Shown here: one piece after another, positions 58,705 through 64,000 of the stretch | How positions within the stretch are numbered: position 1 is the first letter of the stretch | Layout of the letters: the number at the start of each line of letters is the position of its first letter | NCBI GenBank assembly: GCA_965248445.1 | Contig: CBDFJG010000003.1 | Coordinates: forward strand, 1,248,001 to 1,312,000 | Direction of reading: 5' to 3' | DNA length: 64,000 nucleotides | Origin: Planctomycetota bacterium | GTDB lineage: Bacteria; Planctomycetota; JAJSAM01; JAJVHW01 | Position numbers and translations under genes: made by a program | Notes under the pieces: model-generated | What the model saw: the letters and a program-made list of their open reading frames with translations, nothing else | Database searches by the model: none | What the model was told of the DNA's origin: nothing

Positions 58705-61017
58705 ATGTCTCACGAAGTGAGCGTGCCCATCGGGGCACATGACATGAGTTTCGAGATCGGGAAGCTGGCACGCATGGCGGCCGGTTCCTGCCTCATCAGG
58801 TACGGCGACGCAGTTGTCCTGGCCGGGCTGTCACACGGCACGCCCCGCGCGGGCCTCAACTTCCTGCCGCTGACGATGGACTACCGCGAGAAGATGTACG
58901 CGGGCGGTCGCGTTCCCGGCGGGTTCTTCAAGCGTGAGGGCCGCCCCTCCGAGAAGGAAGTCCTCACGATGAGGATGATGGACCGCCCGATGCGGCCCCT
59001 CTTCCCGGACGGCGTCGGACGCGACATCCAGGTCCAGGCCTGGGTCCTGTCGAGCGACTGCGAGATCGACTGCGACGTCCTGGCGATCAACGCCGGTTCG
59101 TGCGCGGTCGTCACGAGCGATCTGGCCTTCAACGGCCCGGTCGGCGCAGTGCGCATGGGCCGCGTGGACGGCCAGTGGATCGTCAACCCGACCAACACCG
59201 AGCGCACGGAGTCCGACCTGGACCTCGTCGTCGTCGGCACGGTCAAGGCGATCACGATGGTCGAGGGCTCCGCGAAGGAGGTCCCCGAGGCCGAGATGGT
59301 CACGGCGCTCGAGCTGGCGCACGTCGAGGTCATCAAGATCTGCGAGGCGCAGCTGCAACTCGCCAAGGAGGGCGGCAAGCCGAAGCGCGCGTTCGATGCT
59401 CCAGTCGTCGACAGCGACCTGATCGCCGGCATCCGCAAGGACTCCACGAAGTCCCTCGAGGAAGCCCACCGGCGCGACGGCACCAAGCTCGAGCGCAAGG
59501 CGCACCTCAAGGCCGCGGTCAACGAGGTCGTCGAGAAGCTCGTGCCCGAGGACGCGAACGGTGAGCGCGACAAGGAACGCGTGTCGTTCGTCTACCGCCA
59601 CGTCGTCGACGTGAGCATGGAGATCTTCCGGCGCATCTGCCTGTCCGGCAACCGTTACGACGGACGCAGCCCCACCGACGTGCGCGACCTCGCGTGCGAG
59701 GTGAGCTTCCTCCCGCGCACGCACGGTTCGGCGCTGTTCCAGCGCGGCGAGACGCAGATGATGTCGACCGTCACGCTCGGTACGAAGCGTGAGGAGCAGC
59801 TCATCGAAGGGCTGCACGAGACCTACTACCGCAAGTTCATGCTGCACTACAACTTCCCGAACTTCTGCGTCGGCGACACCAGGCCGATCCGCGGAACGTC
59901 CCGCCGCGAGGTGGGTCACGGAAAGCTCGGCGAGCGCGCGATTCAGGCCGTGCTGCCGGATCACGAGTCGTTCCCCTACACGATCCGCATCGTGTCCGAG
60001 ACGTTCGAGTCGAACGGCTCGTCGTCGATGGGTAGCGTCTGCGCCGGCACGCTGGCGCTGATGGACGCGGGTGTCCCGATCAGTCAGCCGGTGGCGGGCA
60101 TCGCCATGGGCCTGATCATGGGCACGGACGGCAATGAGGTCATCATGACCGACATCGCCGGCAACGAGGACTCGTGGGGCGACATGGACTTCAAGGTGGC
60201 CGGCACGCAGCGCGGCATCACCGCGCTGCAGATGGACATCAAGATCGACGGCGTCTCGAGCGAGCTCATGCAGCGCGCTCTGGACCAGGCGAAGGACGCG
60301 CGCGTCCACATCCTGAAGAGCATGCTCACGGCCCTGCGCCGGCCGCGCGAGGAGCTCAACCCGTTCGCGCCGCGCCTCGAGAAAATCATGATCGACAAGG
60401 AGAAGATCGGCGCGGTCATCGGGCCCGGCGGCAAGGTCATCCGCGGACTGCAGGAGCAGTTCGAGGTCACCATCAACGTCGAGGACGACGGTGGTGTGAC
60501 GATCTACTCCGCCATCGGCGCGAACATCGAAGCGGCCAAGGAGACGATCCTGGCCATGACGAAGGAGATCCAGATCGGCGACGTCTTCGAGGGCAAGGTG
60601 ATCTCCATCAAGGAGTTCGGCGCGTTCCTCGAGATCGGACCCGGTCGCGAGGCCCTCTGCCACGTCAGTGAGCTGGACGACGGTTACGTCGAGCGGCCCG
60701 AGGACGTGGTCAACATGGGCGACGTCATCAAGGTGCGCTGCATCAACGTCGACCCGTCGGGCAAGGTGAAGGTGTCGCGCAAGGCCATCATCCGTGAGGA
60801 GAAGGGCCTGCCCCCCGCCGAGTCGAGCGGCTTCGGTGGACGTGGTGGTGGTCGTGATCGCGGCCCGCGCCGTGACGGTGGAGGCCGCGGACGCGGCGGA
60901 GACCGGGGCGGACGCGGTGGAGATCGCGGCGGACGCGGCGGTCCTCCCCGAGGGGGAGATCGTGGCGGAAGCGGTGGCGGCGACCGTCGCCCGCGCCGCA
61001 GCAGCAGCCGCGACTAG
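58705..61017 (+). CDS. pnp: Polyribonucleotide nucleotidyltransferase with RGG-rich tail
   Basis: FLPLTMDYRE, GGFFKREGRP, RTHGSALFQRGETQ, RREVGHG, ESNGSSSM, GDMDFKVAG, KH and S1 domains. Confidence 0.98.
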   Translation: MSHEVSVPIGAHDMSFEIGKLARMAAGSCLIRYGDAVVLAGLSHGTPRAGLNFLPLTMDYREKMYAGGRVPGGFFKREGRPSEKEVLTMRMMDRPMRPLFPDGVGRDIQVQAWVLSSDCEIDCDVLAINAGSCAVVTSDLAFNGPVGAVRMGRVDGQWIVNPTNTERTESDLDLVVVGTVKAITMVEGSAKEVPEAEMVTALELAHVEVIKICEAQLQLAKEGGKPKRAFDAPVVDSDLIAGIRKDSTKSLEEAHRRDGTKLERKAHLKAAVNEVVEKLVPEDANGERDKERVSFVYRHVVDVSMEIFRRICLSGNRYDGRSPTDVRDLACEVSFLPRTHGSALFQRGETQMMSTVTLGTKREEQLIEGLHETYYRKFMLHYNFPNFCVGDTRPIRGTSRREVGHGKLGERAIQAVLPDHESFPYTIRIVSETFESNGSSSMGSVCAGTLALMDAGVPISQPVAGIAMGLIMGTDGNEVIMTDIAGNEDSWGDMDFKVAGTQRGITALQMDIKIDGVSSELMQRALDQAKDARVHILKSMLTALRRPREELNPFAPRLEKIMIDKEKIGAVIGPGGKVIRGLQEQFEVTINVEDDGGVTIYSAIGANIEAAKETILAMTKEIQIGDVFEGKVISIKEFGAFLEIGPGREALCHVSELDDGYVERPEDVVNMGDVIKVRCINVDPSGKVKVSRKAIIREEKGLPPAESSGFGGRGGGRDRGPRRDGGGRGRGGDRGGRGGDRGGRGGPPRGGDRGGSGGGDRRPRRSSSRD

Positions 61018-61039
61018 TCGCTAGCAAGACCGAAACGGC

Positions 61040-61069
61040 AAGAGCCGGGACCGCGAGGTCCCGGCTCTT
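61040..61069. terminator. Probable bidirectional terminator hairpin
   Basis: AAGAGCCGGGACC-GCGA-GGTCCCGGCTCTT between convergent genes. Confidence 0.75.
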
Positions 61070-61087
61070 CGCATTGCGCCCGTCCCG

Positions 61088-62636
61088 CTACTCCGGGGTG
61101 TGCGCCAACCAGTCCCGTTCGAGGCGATCCATGTCGATGCCTCGGATCGCCTCCTTCAGGGCGGCCTCGTGACATCGCCCGCGTTCGACGGTCTCGGTGC
61201 CTTCAGCGACCGGCGGCGCGGGCTCCTCGCCGGCCAGCGCCCTCTCGACCGCCTTCCGGGCCTCTTCGACGAGCGAACGCAGCGCGTCGAAGTAGCGCGG
61301 CAGAATCTGCGCGTAAGCCTCGTCTTCCGTGGTGCGCAGGAAGTAGACGAAGCTCCATGCGAGCGCGACGGAGACCCCGCCCGGCACGCCCCACGCATTC
61401 CGGCCGAAGTGCTGCTTCCGGTTCCACGTCAGCCACTCGGAGAGTCGCAGCGCCAACGCTCCACCGCTCGGAGCGTCCTCGCGACGCACGATCCCGCCGC
61501 GCCACTTCGTCTTGCACTCCGCGGCGGGCTCCGCGCGAGAACCACGCGTGCGTCGGTGCGCCGCGGAGAACCGCATCCAGGTGTTGCTCGACAGCCAGAC
61601 CCAGGGCCGTACGCACGGCGTCCTTCTTGTCGTTACGGTCTTGGTAGAGAACGAGTTCCTCGGTGTGCCGCGACCAGTACCCGGCCGAGCCGCCCGGGCC
61701 GCCGTACGCCAAGTATTGCTCCCGCGACTCACAGATGCGCACGATCGCGATCGACTCTACGTTGCTTGCCGGCGCGAACGTCGGCACGAGAAGCTGATCG
61801 CTAAGGGCCTCGAGTTGGTTCGCGATCCGATCGACGACCTTCTTCTGGTCGACGTCGTCGTCGTAGACGAGGAGGTACCGCGATGTCCGGCGGGTGCTCC
61901 ATCCGCGGATCACCCTCTCCTTCACGAACTTGGCGATCTTCCGCTCCGCCGGCGTGTCCTGCACGTCGGTGGCGGGCACATCGGCAGCCGGGGCATCGCC
62001 GGACGCGTCGGCCGAAATCAGCGAGAAAGACGCGACCGTCTTCTCGAATCGCGTCCGGAACTCGCGTGCGAACTTGACGTCGACGTACCCGTAGAAGCCG
62101 ACGTCGATCCTGGCCTCGGCGGTCTCCCAACCCGTCCGGGCGACCCACATCCACCAGGTCGCGTTGGTGCCCGCCGGTCGCTTCTCGTGGCGATTCACCT
62201 CGAGAACCTGAACGTCATGCCCTGATTCGGTCCGGAGCACCTTCGGCTCTGTCCCTTCCCACCGTTCAGCGAGCGGAACGTACGGCCCGAAGAGACGCGC
62301 GTTGTCCTTCATCTTCGCGTCGACCTCTCCGGCGAGCGTGTGCTCCGGGTCGGCGGCCGCGTCCTTGCGAGTCACGGTCCAGGTGATCCAGAACGTCGGC
62401 TGGTCGCTTGAGAAGCGCCGGTACTTCGGACCCGCGTCCTTCCACTCACCTGCGATGTGCGGATCGACGCTCCCGGGCTTCGGCGGCACCTGCTCGAAGC
62501 TCTGCTCGATCCGGCACGTGAAGCCGCGAATCTCGTCGCGGTGCGTCTTCTCGCGCGCGACCGCGCTCGTCGACGTGAGCGCGAGCACTACGGCCAGCGC
62601 GAGTACGACCGCAAGACTCCGCACCTTCGTCCGCAT
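61088..62636 (-). pseudogene. Secreted DUF1570-like protein, frameshifted near 61530
   Basis: Signal peptide, YGGPGGSAGYWS..ELVLY, HAWFSRG; the rest (ALAWSFVYFLR..ILPRYFDAL..LERDWL) is in another frame. Confidence 0.7.
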
Positions 62637-62690
62637 CTGACACCTCGTCTCCGAAGACGCCCAAGGGTACCTGCACGCTAGTCTGAGCTG

Positions 62691-63827
62691 ATGAGGAGCG
62701 ACGTCGCATGGGCCGTGGGACTCTCGGCTGTCGTGCTGGCGGCCGTCGGCGGTGGGATCTGGCTCGCGTCGTCGCCGTTCGAGGACGGTTCATCGAGCGG
62801 GTACGCGAGCGACGGTGCCGTGGCGACCACAGCGCAGGACGCCGGTGGGACGGACGTCGCCCGCGACGGGCGGCGGCAGGCGGCGCCATCGAGGACCCCA
62901 CGCAGCGAGGTCGGGGAGCCGGCGCGAGCGCCGGGACAGCGCAGCGTCGAGCGCGACTCGCGCCCCGCGTTCGACGAACTCCTCGGACACCTCGCCGTGT
63001 GGGATGCCGCCACGGCGAAGGAGCGCGGGCTCGCCGGGCGGCGCGTCTCCCGCCTGGTAGAGGGACTCGAACTCACCGGCCTCGAGACGTTCACGCTCGA
63101 CGACGAGACCCACGACATCGCGGTATACGCCGAGAGCAAGACCGGGCTCGAGTTCGTGCTCGTTCCCGCAGGGTCGTTCCTCATGGGTGTACCGCGGTCC
63201 GACGAGTGGGCAACGGACGCGGACACGGCACACGTGGTCACGCTCACGAAGGCGTTCTTGATCTCCCGCACGGAGGTCACGGTCGACGCCTGGAATCGCA
63301 TCATGACCGACGCGAAGCGCCCGGGCCGGGGCGGGAGTCCGAAACCGAGCCCGGGCCAGGGCGCGGGCGACCGTCCCGTCGTGCGAGTCTCCTGGAACGT
63401 CGCAACCGCGTTCTGCGAGCGTGCGGGCATGCTCCTTCCGACGGAGGCGCAGTGGGAGTACGCATGCCGCGCGGGGACGAACACCCGGTTCTACTCGGGT
63501 GACACGGAGGACGATCTGGCCCGCATCGCGTGGTGCAAGCAGAACGCCGACGGGCGCAGTCATGCCGTGGCGCAGCGCCCCCCGAACGCGTTCGGGCTCT
63601 ACGACACGCACGGAAACGTGCTCGAGTGGTGCCGCGACGGGTACGCGCCCTTCGACGAGGAGGCGGCGACCGATCCGACCGGCGCGATCGGTTCGTTACT
63701 CCGGCTCATCCGAGGCGGGAGCTTCGAGCACAGCGGTCAATCGTCTACGGCCGGGAACCGCCATCGCCAGGGTCCGCAGGGCACGTTCCACCACGTCGGA
63801 TTCCGTCCCGTGATCGAGTTCCCGTGA
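62691..63827 (+). CDS. FGE-sulfatase (SUMF1-like) domain protein
   Basis: VPAGSFLMG, TEVT, LPTEAQWEYACRAG, PNAFGLYDTHGNVLEWC, RGGSF, VGFRP. Confidence 0.9.
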   Translation: MRSDVAWAVGLSAVVLAAVGGGIWLASSPFEDGSSSGYASDGAVATTAQDAGGTDVARDGRRQAAPSRTPRSEVGEPARAPGQRSVERDSRPAFDELLGHLAVWDAATAKERGLAGRRVSRLVEGLELTGLETFTLDDETHDIAVYAESKTGLEFVLVPAGSFLMGVPRSDEWATDADTAHVVTLTKAFLISRTEVTVDAWNRIMTDAKRPGRGGSPKPSPGQGAGDRPVVRVSWNVATAFCERAGMLLPTEAQWEYACRAGTNTRFYSGDTEDDLARIAWCKQNADGRSHAVAQRPPNAFGLYDTHGNVLEWCRDGYAPFDEEAATDPTGAIGSLLRLIRGGSFEHSGQSSTAGNRHRQGPQGTFHHVGFRPVIEFP

Positions 63828-63877
63828 GTCTCACCGGTCGGCAGTTCCTGACTCAGTTCTGACGGGAGATCGACGAC

Positions 63878-64000
63878 GTGACCGCACCCACGATTCTGAG
63901 CGATGAGGAGTGCCGGCGGCGGGCGGACATGGGCGCGCTCGTCGAGGTCATCGAGAGTGCGCTGCGCGCCCACGCGGACGGGCGGCTGGTGGCGCCCCCG
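63878..64000 (+). CDS. Ornithine cyclodeaminase/mu-crystallin family, 5' partial
   Basis: RBS GGAG; TILSDEECRRRADMGALVEVIESALRAHADGRLVAPP. Confidence 0.65.
   Translation, partial: MTAPTILSDEECRRRADMGALVEVIESALRAHADGRLVAPP

Noticed and set aside
62691..63827. Catalytic formylglycine-generating enzyme
   Set aside because: The catalytic cysteines after RGGSF are absent; non-catalytic FGE domains are common
36..63973. Many long overlapping ORFs (e.g. 36-1007, 1304-3841, 12941-15130, 21840-24062, 58831-60663)
   Set aside because: Antisense or off-frame shadows of recognisable genes, expected at high GC
1..64000. CRISPR array, cas genes, prophage or known defence system
   Set aside because: No regular repeat-spacer array or recognisable genes seen

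Overview
A high-GC bacterial chromosome segment. The gene content suggests Planctomycetota (prenyltransferase-repeat, DUF1570-like, coiled-coil/BRCT and HEAT proteins), but this is inference only. Most of it is housekeeping: prs, glmU, tRNA-Gln, cinA, ychF, tatC, coaE, rho, ispG/ispD/ispF, mqnC, moaD/moaE, cysS, ruvC, recO, an envelope operon (bamD-lptE-folP-cdaA-cdaR-glmM-tsaB-alr-asmA-like-manC-ruvX), rpsO and pnp. At 16-20 kb an IS pile-up (IS3, IS1380, IS1595) has truncated a pspA/IM30 gene. The most notable signals missing from the ORF track are: a probable selenocysteine-recoded DUF3179 lipoprotein (UGA plus SECIS-like hairpin), a sigma54-driven 50-aa zinc-ribbon microprotein, a nested GTAG-REP/REPIN-like inverted-repeat element after rho, an MqnE paralogue lacking the Fe-S cysteine motif next to mqnC, structured leaders before coaE-rho and rpsO, and several short tandem duplications, frameshifts or nonsense codons. 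All family calls are by eye from motifs; no searches were run.
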